NCBI GenBank assembly: GCA_049510745.1
Contig: JBEKYR010000001.1
Location: forward strand, 255,920 to 319,919
Source of the DNA: Verrucomicrobiota bacterium
GTDB taxonomy: Bacteria > Verrucomicrobiota > Verrucomicrobiia > Limisphaerales > Palsa-1400
DNA length: 64,000 nt
Reading direction: 5' to 3'
Shown here: piece by piece, positions 11,095 through 20,442 of the stretch
How positions within the stretch are numbered: the first letter of the stretch is position 1
How the letters are laid out: each line of letters starts with the position of its first letter
Program-made: the position numbers and the translations under genes
The notes under the pieces: model-generated
The model's database searches: none
What the model saw: the letters and a program-made list of their open reading frames with translations, nothing else
Told to the model about the DNA's origin: nothing

Positions 11095-13266
11095 ATGAGG
11101 AGTTTGAGCCCGAGCAACGCGTTTCATTTGCCATCCCTGCGATTTTACGATTTGATAAAATTGAGGTTCAAATTCCTAATCGCTTTTCTCTTCATGGCGT
11201 CGGCCTTCCTGGCTGGCGCGCAGACGTTGCAGACTTTGTTGTCTTTCAACTCCGCCGACGGGGCGAATTCAGTCGCGGCCCTGACGCTGGGCAACGACGG
11301 CAATTTCTATGGCACGACTTACAACGGCGGCAATCTCAGTTTAAATGCCGGCTCTGGCGATGGAACGGTTTTCAAGCTGACGACCAACGGCGCGTTGACC
11401 ACGCTGGTCTCTTTCAGCTCCACCAACGGGGCCAATCCGTATGCCGGGCTGACGCTGGGCAACGACGGCAATTTCTACGGCACGACCTCGGAAACCCTTT
11501 TCAAACTGACGACCAACGGCACGCTGACCACGATGGTTTCATTCAACGTCAGCGGCGGAGCCTATCCGAATGCCCTGACGCTGGGCAACGACGGCGGTTT
11601 CTACGGGACCACGCAGGTGGGCGGCGGGGGTTTTGGAACGGTATTCAGATGGACGACCAACGGCACGCTAACCAACCTGCTTTCATTCAACACCAACAAT
11701 GATCCGTATCCCAATGCCCTGACGCTGGGAAACGACGGAAATCTCTACGGCACGGCGGAGGAAACAATTTTCAAAGTCACGACCAACGGCGCGCTGACCA
11801 CGCTGGCTTCATTCTACTACACCAACGGGGCCAATCTTATTGCTCCGCTGACGCTGGGCAATGATGGCAGTTTTTACGGCACGACAGAGGAAGGCGGTCG
11901 CAATAATTATGGCACGGTTTTCCAAGTCACGACCAATGGCGCGTTGACCGCGCTGGTTTCTTTCAGTTTCACCAACGGGGCCAATCCGTACGCCGGGCTG
12001 ACGCTCGGCAACGATGGCAATTTCTACGGCACGACGGCAAATGGCGGCATCACTAATTCAGCATTTCCACAAGGCATGGGGACACTGTTCCAAGTCACGA
12101 CCAATGGCGCGTTGACTACGCTGGTTTGCTTCTCCGGCAGCAATGGAGCGGTGCCGGAATCGGCGCTGACGCTGGGCAATGACGGCAATTTCTATGGCAC
12201 CACCGCGTACGGCGGAACTGGTGGCTATGGAACGGCGTTCCGTTTGTTGCTCTTGCCAGTTATCGCCGTTCAGCCGCAATGCCAGACGAATTTTGTTGGC
12301 GCGACCGTGACGTTCTCCGTCAGCGCAACCTATCTTCCTCCTGCCGGTTATCAATGGCTGCGGAACGGCACAAATCTCGCCGATGGCGGAAACATTTCGG
12401 GCGCAACCAACAGCACGTTGACCCTCACCGGCATTTCAGACAGTGATGCGGCAACTTACAGTCTGGTCGTGAGTGACGCCTACGGCAGCGTGACCACCTC
12501 CAACGCAGTGCTGACGGTTAATGATTCTCTGTTCATTGCTTCACAGCCGCAAAATCAGACTGTCGGCCTCGGCAGCAATGTCACGCTTAACGTCACCGTT
12601 TTTGGCGCGCCTCCGTTTGTTTTCCAGTGGTATTTCGACGAAACGCCCCTGGGTTCGCCCGGCGCTGGCACAAATGTTTCCTGCACATTGACCAATGTCG
12701 GAACCAACCAGGCGGGCACTTACAGTGTGCTGATCGTCAACGCCTGCGGCGATTTGATGAGTTCCAACGCGGTCCTGACGGTGAAGGTGTTTCCGCCGGC
12801 CATAGCTCTTCAACCGTCGAGTCAAAGAGTGATGATCGGGAGCAGCGTATCCTTCAGCGTATCCGTGAGCGGCACGCCTCCGTTCTATTACCAATGGCAA
12901 TTCAACGGTACCAACCTGATAGACGCGCCCAATGCCTCTTACGCGATTCAGGCGGCTGCCACAAACGACACCGGAAACTATTCCGTGATCGTCACCAACC
13001 TGGCTGGGAGTGTGACCAGTTCCAACGCATTACTGACGGTGATTATCCAGCCGACGTTGGCCTTGGAACTGTCGGCCGGTTATGCCCTGCTCAATCTGAA
13101 TGGCATGTTGAGCAACAGCTTTGTCGTGCAATACAGCACAAATTTGGAGGGGACAAACTGGATAAATCTGCTTTCCCTGCCTGATTTGCCATACAGCCCG
13201 TATCTGTTCCTGGACCCTTCCGGTGTCGGCCAGCCTGCGCGGTTCTATCGGGTCTTTATGCGCTGA
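11095..13266 (+). CDS. Secreted GloVer-type tandem repeat plus Ig-domain protein
   Basis: Repeats LTLGNDGNFYGTT...GTVFxxTTNGALTTLVSF; three Ig domains (QPQ..YQW..GNYSV); C-terminal ARFYRV; start uncertain (11026-11194). Confidence 0.85.
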   Translation: MRSLSPSNAFHLPSLRFYDLIKLRFKFLIAFLFMASAFLAGAQTLQTLLSFNSADGANSVAALTLGNDGNFYGTTYNGGNLSLNAGSGDGTVFKLTTNGALTTLVSFSSTNGANPYAGLTLGNDGNFYGTTSETLFKLTTNGTLTTMVSFNVSGGAYPNALTLGNDGGFYGTTQVGGGGFGTVFRWTTNGTLTNLLSFNTNNDPYPNALTLGNDGNLYGTAEETIFKVTTNGALTTLASFYYTNGANLIAPLTLGNDGSFYGTTEEGGRNNYGTVFQVTTNGALTALVSFSFTNGANPYAGLTLGNDGNFYGTTANGGITNSAFPQGMGTLFQVTTNGALTTLVCFSGSNGAVPESALTLGNDGNFYGTTAYGGTGGYGTAFRLLLLPVIAVQPQCQTNFVGATVTFSVSATYLPPAGYQWLRNGTNLADGGNISGATNSTLTLTGISDSDAATYSLVVSDAYGSVTTSNAVLTVNDSLFIASQPQNQTVGLGSNVTLNVTVFGAPPFVFQWYFDETPLGSPGAGTNVSCTLTNVGTNQAGTYSVLIVNACGDLMSSNAVLTVKVFPPAIALQPSSQRVMIGSSVSFSVSVSGTPPFYYQWQFNGTNLIDAPNASYAIQAAATNDTGNYSVIVTNLAGSVTSSNALLTVIIQPTLALELSAGYALLNLNGMLSNSFVVQYSTNLEGTNWINLLSLPDLPYSPYLFLDPSGVGQPARFYRVFMR

Positions 13267-13319
13267 GCCACGGCTGGGTTCTGTCTTCTGCGTACCGTGC
13301 GGTTTGTTTTGGCCTGAAG

Positions 13320-13366
13320 TCAAAGGGGTTCGCCCATAGCATCGTCCAAATCGCGTTTGCCTTACA
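13320..13366 (+). repeat. 47-bp intergenic direct repeat, copy 2
   Basis: TCAAAGGGGTTCGCCCATAGCATCGTCCAAATCGCGTTTGCCTTACA. Confidence 0.85.
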
Positions 13367-13480
13367 GGCAAAGGAAACGCAAGCCGTTATCTCTTGTCCG
13401 CCATCCTGACCGTCCCTTCAACCAAGACCAAGGACCGCGCGCCCCATTTATTTGAGCTTCTCCAGGGCCAGCAGAAAAAC

Positions 13481-13514
13481 TTGCCAAAATCGCTAAAATG
13501 GGTATTTTGCAGCC
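13481..13514 (+). promoter_or_regulatory. Putative sigma70 leaderless promoter of the TA operon
   Basis: TTGCCA-16nt-TATTTT-6nt-ATG. Confidence 0.55.
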
Positions 13515-13766
13515 ATGATTGTGACGGCGACAGAGCTGGCCAATGAAAGCAAAAGCATCCTGGACCGGGTGGTGCAGGGTGGCGAGATCGTGGAAGTTCA
13601 ACGCCACGGCAAGACCGTTGCGGTTATTCAGCCGCGAGTGGGTGCGACGCGCTCCGAGCTTTTGCGCCTGCTGCGCGGCCGGGGTTTCAACGCCACCGAT
13701 TCTGCGGAATTGAAGGCGGCGATGGAGCGTGCCTCGGAGGTGATTGGCTATGCCGGTCGCGGTTGA
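13515..13766 (+). CDS. Phd/YefM family antitoxin
   Basis: IVTATELANESKSILDRVVQGGEIVEVQRHGKTVA; overlaps the PIN gene. Confidence 0.85.
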   Translation: MIVTATELANESKSILDRVVQGGEIVEVQRHGKTVAVIQPRVGATRSELLRLLRGRGFNATDSAELKAAMERASEVIGYAGRG

Positions 13767-14151
13767 TACCAGTGTTCTGATCTCCGCGGAGAGGCAGGGT
13801 GATTTGGACGGACTGCTTCCTGAAAACGAAGACGGTCCTTATTACATCCCGGCGTTGGCAGCTTCGGAGTTTCTTGTCGGGACACAGCCGCCCGTCAGGC
13901 TCGCTTTACGGCAACGGGCGTTTCAACTTTACCAAAATAGATTCCGGGCTTTGGTTTCAACTTTTACTGAGGCCGATGCCGTTCAGTTGTCCATGCTGAT
14001 TGCCGAGCTGAAGGCCAAAGGACAACAGATGAAGTTTTTTGACGCGGCGATTGCCGCTACAGTGCTCGCGCGCGGCGATAAGCTCCTTGTGCTCGACACC
14101 GATTTCGACCGGCTGAAGGATCGGATTCAGTTGTTGCGGCCAAGATCATAA
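13750..14151 (+). CDS. vapC: PIN-domain toxin (VapC family), intact
   Basis: VDTSVLI, SEFLVG, FDAAIAA, LDTDFDR: acidic PIN residues present. Confidence 0.85.
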   Translation: MPVAVDTSVLISAERQGDLDGLLPENEDGPYYIPALAASEFLVGTQPPVRLALRQRAFQLYQNRFRALVSTFTEADAVQLSMLIAELKAKGQQMKFFDAAIAATVLARGDKLLVLDTDFDRLKDRIQLLRPRS

Positions 14152-14204
14152 CCTCGACTCGCTGCCAATGGGGTCGCCAAAATCCGGGATGCGCCCGCCG
14201 CCGC

Positions 14205-15617
14205 TCACTTCACCTTCGTCACCTTTTGGTCGATGCCGTTTTGATGCAGAATGAGGTGCGTCACCTTGCCGGCCGAGTCCTTTACAAAGGTCATTTGCGC
14301 ATCGACCACCGTGCAAAAAACGTCCGTTTCCGATTCGGGAAAAAACTCGATCTTTTGCTGGCCGGTTATCTGGCCGAAAAGACGGTTGCCCTCCCGCGTC
14401 ATCGTCATCGTCACCGGCGCCGTTGAAAATTGGTATTGACCAACGAAATCGTCAAACACGCGCGGATCGACGTGCGCGACTTTCCGGGCCTTCGGCGCCT
14501 GGAAATCCTTCACGTCGGAGCGGTCGCCCAGGAGATACTGGCCGATGTCATCCATATCGTTGGCGGAATTGGCCAGGACAACGACGCCGCGGCGTTTCTC
14601 CGCCTTGAAACCGATGTAAGACCGGTAGCCGCCGGTCCCGCCGTTGTGCCAGACGGTGTCATTGGCAGAGTCGATCTGCCACATCAGGCCGATTTTTCGG
14701 AAAAGACCGCCGCTGTGGCGGGGTTGATGGGTTTGCCTCATGGCGTTGGACAGGCTGGAGTTGGTCAGGCCGATGTTGGCCGCGACGAACTTCAGCATGT
14801 CGTTGGCCGTGGAACGGAGCGCTCCCGCTCCGGCCAGCGTCGGAATATCCCAGTTCTTGACTGGCATCCCGGAAGAATTGTGGCCGGTGGCGAGGCGCGA
14901 TTTCAGTTCCGGCGGGAGCGTGATGCGGGTGCTGCTCATGCCCAACGGATCGCAAATCCGCCGGACCACCAGCGTTTCGTAGTTTGTCCCCGCCCGCAGC
15001 GCCAGCACGTGCCCCAGCAACCCGCCGCCCAGGTTCGAGTACTCGTATTTCTCGCCAATGTCCCGCTTCAACTCGTAGCGCGACAGAAAATCATACAACT
15101 GCGCGACGGTGTAATCGGCGTAGGGATTGCCGTCGTCCTTGGGCGCGAAATTGTCCGGCATCCGCGGCAGGCCCGAGGTCTGCGTCGCCAGATCGAGCAG
15201 GGTGATTTGGCGGCCGTTGCGGGCCGGCGTTGTGACCGAGGCGGGCAGGAATTTGCCGATCGGGTCGTCGAGCTTCACTTCCCCGCTCTCCACCATTTCC
15301 TCCAGCAGCAACCCGGTGAAGACCTTGGTGATGGAACCAATCTCGAAAACTGTGTCCCCGTTGACTTCCCCGCCTGTGCCGTTTTCCGGCGATGTTTTGC
15401 AAAACAGCCTCGCGCCTTTGTCATCGATAATTCCCACGACAAGGCCGGGCGCGCGGCGTTGCTCGACGACGCATCGGTCAAGCATCGCGTTGATGTCGGC
15501 GTCGGTCCTGGGTTTTTCCTGCGCGCGCAACCGGACCGCCAGGGCGCCCAAAAAGACGGCCGCGGCGGCAAGGAGCAATGTCATCTGCATAATGGATTTA
15601 ATGGGATTTGGTTTCAT
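14205..15617 (-). CDS. Serine hydrolase (beta-lactamase class C-like) with C-terminal DUF3471-like domain
   Basis: FEIGSITK (SxxK), YEYSN, WHNGGTGG. Confidence 0.9.
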   Translation of the reverse strand: MKPNPIKSIMQMTLLLAAAAVFLGALAVRLRAQEKPRTDADINAMLDRCVVEQRRAPGLVVGIIDDKGARLFCKTSPENGTGGEVNGDTVFEIGSITKVFTGLLLEEMVESGEVKLDDPIGKFLPASVTTPARNGRQITLLDLATQTSGLPRMPDNFAPKDDGNPYADYTVAQLYDFLSRYELKRDIGEKYEYSNLGGGLLGHVLALRAGTNYETLVVRRICDPLGMSSTRITLPPELKSRLATGHNSSGMPVKNWDIPTLAGAGALRSTANDMLKFVAANIGLTNSSLSNAMRQTHQPRHSGGLFRKIGLMWQIDSANDTVWHNGGTGGYRSYIGFKAEKRRGVVVLANSANDMDDIGQYLLGDRSDVKDFQAPKARKVAHVDPRVFDDFVGQYQFSTAPVTMTMTREGNRLFGQITGQQKIEFFPESETDVFCTVVDAQMTFVKDSAGKVTHLILHQNGIDQKVTKVK

Positions 15618-15621
15618 AGTT

Positions 15622-16212
15622 TTACGGAGTTGGGGTGGACTTGCCAAGGAGCGATTCCAGTTCTTCTTTCAGCGGCATGAGGTATTTGCGGACGGCATAC
15701 TGGTTCAGCCAGTTTATGGCCAGACCCATCAACACACCCACGCTCACGAAAACCGCCCGGTCCGCCGCATTTCGATTGACGCCGAAAAAGAACGTTTCGT
15801 AGCCGACTGTCAAGGGAAGGATGTACCACCACCAGACCGACCGCAACAGCCGGATTTGGTTTTCCACCTTGCTCAACTCCCCTTGCAGCGCCTCCATGAC
15901 CGGCGCGTTCGGATTGTCCTTCCCCGCCCGCCGTTTGCTCGAAAGCAGCCGCCAGCCGATAAACACCGCGCTCAGAACAGTGATGACGCAGCCGGCCCGG
16001 GCCAGTGCCGTCGGACACATGAAAAAGAAGCAGCCAAACACCCCCGCCACAACCAGGCACGCGGCGACTTCCCGGAAGTCGCGCCACCAAATCGTCCGCT
16101 CGAACCGCCGCATTTTTTGGTTTATCGAGGCGATGGCTTGGGGGCCGGTCAGCGTGGGCGGCAAGGGCAGCGGCTGCTCCCGCCAAAGTTTCTTCAGGGC
16201 GTCGTCGTTCAT
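15622..16212 (-). CDS. Four-TM membrane protein, probable anti-sigma partner
   Basis: MNDDALKKLWREQ start overlaps the ECF stop; hydrophobic segments. Confidence 0.7.
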   Translation of the reverse strand: MNDDALKKLWREQPLPLPPTLTGPQAIASINQKMRRFERTIWWRDFREVAACLVVAGVFGCFFFMCPTALARAGCVITVLSAVFIGWRLLSSKRRAGKDNPNAPVMEALQGELSKVENQIRLLRSVWWWYILPLTVGYETFFFGVNRNAADRAVFVSVGVLMGLAINWLNQYAVRKYLMPLKEELESLLGKSTPTP

Positions 16213-16733
16213 TGCGCTTTCTCCTTTATCATAGCGGACAGTTTTTTCTTGACACGATGCAGCAGCACGCCGACGTGACTGCTGTTGAGTCCCATGACTT
16301 GGGCGATTTGCTCGTAACTCAAATCCTCCAAAAACAAAGTGATGAGCGCCTTTTCCACCCCGTCCAGTTGGGCGATGGCCTCGTAGAGGGCGGCCAACTG
16401 CGCGTCCGGCTCCGGGCTGCCGCCGTCCTGGGTTTCGGCGAGTTGGCGCAAATGCCCGTCCTCGAAGGGCACGGTGCGGGCGTGGCGGGAGGCCCGTTTG
16501 CGCAGGAAACCGATGGCGGTGTTCAGGGCCGTGCGGTAGAGCCAGGTGTCGGCGTAGGAGTCGTCCCTGAGCTGGGGCAGGCCGCGCCAGATCTGAAAGA
16601 GGATTTCCTGGTGGAGATCCTCCTGGTCCTCGCGATTCCAGGCATAGACGCGGCAAATCTTGAGAATCTTCGGCCGGTTCCCGTTGACCAGATCGAGAAA
16701 CTTTCCGTCCGCTGCCTGGAGTTCAGAGTTCAA
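16209..16733 (-). CDS. ECF RNA polymerase sigma factor
   Basis: DQEDLHQEI, TWLYRTALNTAI, LSYEQIAQVMG. Confidence 0.92.
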   Translation of the reverse strand: MNSELQAADGKFLDLVNGNRPKILKICRVYAWNREDQEDLHQEILFQIWRGLPQLRDDSYADTWLYRTALNTAIGFLRKRASRHARTVPFEDGHLRQLAETQDGGSPEPDAQLAALYEAIAQLDGVEKALITLFLEDLSYEQIAQVMGLNSSHVGVLLHRVKKKLSAMIKEKAQ

Positions 16734-16855
16734 TTGTTTATCGTTTCATTATATTAGTCGCGCGAGGAACGGGAAATATTACAGGATGGGACAAAAAGGG
16801 ACGGCAGGGACGGACGCGATGCACGGGCTTCCCAAGCCCGGCGTTCGATCCGAGG

Positions 16856-17335
16856 CTACGGCTGTTTGCGGAAAATCTCGGAAACGTCCAGCACGTTCAT
16901 CGACACCAGATCGACGCTTTGCTCCGGGGCGCGCTGTTGGGCGGCTTGCAGTTGCCGGCCAACCTCCCGGAGGGTCGCGGCGGCGTAATACTTGACGGCG
17001 CCGACGCTCAGTTCCGCCTTGAAAATGACGATCAGCAGCACGTTTTCGTCGATGTTGCAAAAGAGCAGGCTGTAGCGCTCGCCCTGCTGGTAAATGGAGG
17101 CGAAATCCGCCTCGCCCAACAGGCCGGCGATGGCCTGCGTGGCGCAAAACGACCCGGCGGCCAGGGCGGAAATGGTGGTGGTGTCAAATTGGTCCACCGC
17201 CCCGCGCTGGCCGATGAGCGGGCCGCCCTTGTCGATGATCAGGGCCGCGGTCGCCTCGCTCTTGCGCAGCAACTCGTCCAGCGCCCCGTCCAGCAATTGG
17301 ACGTCTTCGGCTATCAGCGGCGGCAGCCCCGGCAT
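16856..17335 (-). CDS. mglB: Roadblock/LC7 protein, MglB-like GAP
   Basis: LIIDKGGPLI, TISALAAGSFCATQAIA, LSVGAVKYY; adjacent to mglA. Confidence 0.85.
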   Translation of the reverse strand: MPGLPPLIAEDVQLLDGALDELLRKSEATAALIIDKGGPLIGQRGAVDQFDTTTISALAAGSFCATQAIAGLLGEADFASIYQQGERYSLLFCNIDENVLLIVIFKAELSVGAVKYYAAATLREVGRQLQAAQQRAPEQSVDLVSMNVLDVSEIFRKQP

Positions 17336-17336
17336 A

Positions 17337-17948
17337 TCAGGTGGTCTTTCGGGCGGCTTCGTTGATGAATTTGTTGAGCAACAGGCGCGTGATCATGTTC
17401 AGGGCCTCGAACACCCCCTCGCACCGGGAGGCGACCGACGGAAACGAGGGCGCCTGCACGTCCCGGTTGTTGAGCAGGAACTCCATGTACTCGATCGGCG
17501 CCGCCGTCGGCAGGTCGCGCTTGTTGTACTGCAGCACGTAGGGAATCTCGGCGAAGTTCAGTCGCAGCGTCTTGAGGTTCTCCTCCAGGTTCTGGAAGCT
17601 CTCCACGTTTTCCGCCATTTTCTCGTATTGCGAGTCGGCCACAAAGACGATCCCGTCCACCCCGCGCAGGACCAGTTGGCGGGTCGTGTTGTAAATGACC
17701 TGACCGGGAACGGTGTAAAGTTGAAATTTCGTCTTGAACCCTTTGATGGCCATGGCTTCGATGGGCAGGAAATCAAAAAACAGGGTGCGGTCCGAGCTGG
17801 TCGCCAGCGAAACCAGTTTGCCCTTCTCCTGCACGTTTTGCACGTTGGCGTGGACCTGTTCGAGATTGGTCGTCTTGCCGCCTTTGCCCGGCCCGTAATA
17901 GACGACTTTGACCTGCAGTTCCTTCGTTGCTTGATTGATGATTGCCAT
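17337..17948 (-). CDS. mglA: MglA-like small GTPase
   Basis: KVVYYGPGKGGKTTNL, DRTLFFDF, TVPGQV, NKRD. Confidence 0.95.
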   Translation of the reverse strand: MAIINQATKELQVKVVYYGPGKGGKTTNLEQVHANVQNVQEKGKLVSLATSSDRTLFFDFLPIEAMAIKGFKTKFQLYTVPGQVIYNTTRQLVLRGVDGIVFVADSQYEKMAENVESFQNLEENLKTLRLNFAEIPYVLQYNKRDLPTAAPIEYMEFLLNNRDVQAPSFPSVASRCEGVFEALNMITRLLLNKFINEAARKTT

Positions 17949-17954
17949 AAATCA

Positions 17955-19694
17955 TTATTGCTTGCGCCGGGCCAGTTCGCCGGCTACCCGTTGCAGCGCC
18001 GCTTCCGGCAGGGCCTGGCCCGCCTTGCCCACCACCGCCAGATAGAGCGGCCCGGCTTTGAAAATGACGTGCGGCGCCCCGCCCACGGTCAGGGTCAGCG
18101 CCTCCAGTGTTCCCAGTCGGGCCTCACCCGCGTAATGGGCCACGCGCCCAAACATCTGCGGCAGGAACGCCGCCAGCGTATCGACGTTCAGCGGCGCCTG
18201 CGCCTGCCCGGCCACGAGCAATCCGTCCGCTGTCGCCAGAAGGCTGCCGGCCACGCCCGGCATCGCGCTGATCCCTTGCGCGATTTCCTCGGGCGACCAT
18301 TCCGTTTTCGACGGCTGCCCGAAAACTTCTCCCAACACATCCGCTTCCGCCGCCGGTTGCGGCGCGGCCACCGGGGCGGCTGCCGGCTCCGGCTGGGCTG
18401 AAGGCGCGGGCGTCGCGGCGGGCGCGGCCGCTCTGCCCAAGCCGCCAAAGAGGTCCGGAATGTTGTCCCCAATCGTGACCTTTTTTTGGGCCGCCGCGCG
18501 ATGCTTCGCCATGAAGAGCGGGGCGATCACTCTGAGCGGCAATTCCACCTGCGTCTCGCCGTGTGGCGAGGGGGTGGCCGGCGGAGCACTGAGCCAGCCG
18601 CTCAATTCGCCCCACGTAAACACGACACGCCCCGCTTTCAGCGCCGCCTCGAGCCGGTTCAGCGGGATGGACACCGGCGCGTTCTTGAAGTTGTTTTTTT
18701 CGATCTCTTGCCGGATGGCCTGGGGCCACGCCTCGCAAAGGGCTCCGATTGTCGTCACCACCGGTTCACCGGCCACAACTGGCGCCGCCGCAGGCCTCGC
18801 GGGAGGAGCGGGCCGCGTTGTCGCGAAGGGCAAAGGCGATGCCGGCTTCGGTCCGGCAAAGGGCAGCGGGGCGGGCGCCGGTGGCCTTGGCGCCGCCGGT
18901 CCGGGCGTCATCGAGGGCGCCGGTCTCGACAGACCCGGCGACGGAATGACGGGCTTGGGCAAGGTCGGCAGCGATGGCGCCGACACGACGGGCCTTGGCA
19001 ACGAAGGCTGCGGCGCGGCGGGCACGACGGGCTTTGGCAAACCAGGCAGCGGCGCGGTGGGAACAACGGGTTTGGGAGCGGGCGTCGGAGGCACGGGCGG
19101 CGGCGGCGCGGGCGCGGCGGGAAGCGGACTTGCGGGAGCAGCGGACTTTGGAGCCGCCGCCACCGCGGCGCGCCAGCCCGGCGTGATGCCCTTGGGGCCG
19201 AACACTCCGGTCACTTCATCCGGCACTTCGACGCGCCTTTGATCCGCCCGCCGCGCGAGCCGGCCGGGGCCAAGCGCGGCCAAGACCAGCGGCAAAGGCA
19301 GATCAATCAGCGAATCGTCCTGACTGGCATCGTCAGCAAAGGTGCCCGGGGGCGAGGCTTGCCGCAATTGGCCGAACGGGACCCTCACCGCCCCAAACCG
19401 CAGTTGCTCGACCGCCTCGCTGGCAGAGACCGAGAACGTCCCACCGGGACGCGATCTCACCAACGGCGCCATGCTGTTCGGGAGCCTCGACAAAATTTCG
19501 TCCATCGGCAACAGAAGCGCATCGCCGACGGCCAAAGGCGCGGGCGGGACGCCCGGCGAAGGCGGCGCGGCGGCGGCGGGCGCGCGGACGGACGGTGGAG
19601 CGGGTGCGGACGGAGCCGCGGGAGCGGCCGCCGGGGCCGCGGCAGGCGGCGAACTCGCCGGCCTCGAAAATAATCTTTTGAGAGCGCCAAACAT
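17955..19694 (-). CDS. Pro-rich protein with two internal repeated domains and a C-terminal roadblock/LC7 domain
   Basis: Likely start MFGALKRLF at 19694; C-terminal GVAGSLLATADGLLVAG...LAAFLPQMFGRV. Confidence 0.8.
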   Translation of the reverse strand: MFGALKRLFSRPASSPPAAAPAAAPAAPSAPAPPSVRAPAAAAPPSPGVPPAPLAVGDALLLPMDEILSRLPNSMAPLVRSRPGGTFSVSASEAVEQLRFGAVRVPFGQLRQASPPGTFADDASQDDSLIDLPLPLVLAALGPGRLARRADQRRVEVPDEVTGVFGPKGITPGWRAAVAAAPKSAAPASPLPAAPAPPPPVPPTPAPKPVVPTAPLPGLPKPVVPAAPQPSLPRPVVSAPSLPTLPKPVIPSPGLSRPAPSMTPGPAAPRPPAPAPLPFAGPKPASPLPFATTRPAPPARPAAAPVVAGEPVVTTIGALCEAWPQAIRQEIEKNNFKNAPVSIPLNRLEAALKAGRVVFTWGELSGWLSAPPATPSPHGETQVELPLRVIAPLFMAKHRAAAQKKVTIGDNIPDLFGGLGRAAAPAATPAPSAQPEPAAAPVAAPQPAAEADVLGEVFGQPSKTEWSPEEIAQGISAMPGVAGSLLATADGLLVAGQAQAPLNVDTLAAFLPQMFGRVAHYAGEARLGTLEALTLTVGGAPHVIFKAGPLYLAVVGKAGQALPEAALQRVAGELARRKQ

Positions 19695-19791
19695 GGATCG
19701 AGCTGGCCCCATACTGCCAGAGTCCGGGCCGGTTCGTCGATAGCAAACTCGCATCGTGAAAAATCCTCCGAATCCTGGCGGCTTTCCGGGA

Positions 19792-19850
19792 GGAATCGAA
19801 GCCTTCCCCGTCGAGGTGGAGGTCAATTCCGGCTGGGGGGATACGGTAAT
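19792..19850 (+). pseudogene. comM: comM 5' fragment 1 (codons ~12-31)
   Basis: GIEAFPVEVEVNSGWGDTVM then diverges to AL*; matches 24965-25024. Confidence 0.9.
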
Positions 19851-19905
19851 GGCGTTATGAAAAGAACTGGTCTTGCGCGGGAAAGCGGATTACAGTTGTT
19901 TCGTT

Positions 19906-20121
19906 ATGCAGACAGTCGCCATTGAAATAGCGCAGGCCACACTCGCGGATCTGCTCAAACAGGTCGCGGACGGCGAGGAGTTCACCATCACACAGCATGG
20001 CCAGCCGAAGGCGAAGCTTTCGGCAGTCTCGTCGCGCAGGCGCCCGCAAGCGCGAGTGGGGAGTTTGCCGGGGGGAATATGGCTCTCGCCGGATTTTGAC
20101 GGGCCGGTGGATGACTTATAG
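19906..20121 (+). CDS. Phd/YefM family antitoxin (last few residues possibly lost)
   Basis: AQATLADLLKQVADGEEFTITQHGQPKAKL...GSLPGGIWLSPDFD. Confidence 0.85.
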   Translation: MQTVAIEIAQATLADLLKQVADGEEFTITQHGQPKAKLSAVSSRRRPQARVGSLPGGIWLSPDFDGPVDDL

Positions 20122-20293
20122 CTTTGAACTGCTGCCTGTTTCCTGTCTGCATTTGAATCAACTGGCGGCACTCCCGTTTCATCACCGTGATCCATTTGAC
20201 CGGTTGTTGATCGCCCAGGCACTTGCTGAAGACATGACCATTGTCAGGCGCGACACGGCATTTTCGCAATACCCGGCGAAAATTATCTGGTAA
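20122..20293 (+). pseudogene. vapC: VapC/PIN toxin, C-terminal remnant only
   Basis: FELLPV...LPFHHRDPFDRLLIAQA...; the N-terminal D-containing motif is absent. Confidence 0.85.
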
Positions 20294-20442
20294 TTGCGTT
20301 GGTTGTCGGGCCTTTCATGGTCAAGTGATCGGGGATGGGGGCGACTTCTTAAATTGATCAGGTTGTCTGAATCGCAGTCAGCCTGATTCGTGCGTTGACG
20401 CATACGCGATCTCTCGTTAGCCTTCGCTCGAACCATGTCGCA

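Noticed and set aside
19695..19826. N-terminal extension MTSTSTGKAS of ORF 17955-19826 and similar short minus-strand ORFs
   Set aside because: These are antisense readings of comM fragments; the likely start is 19694.
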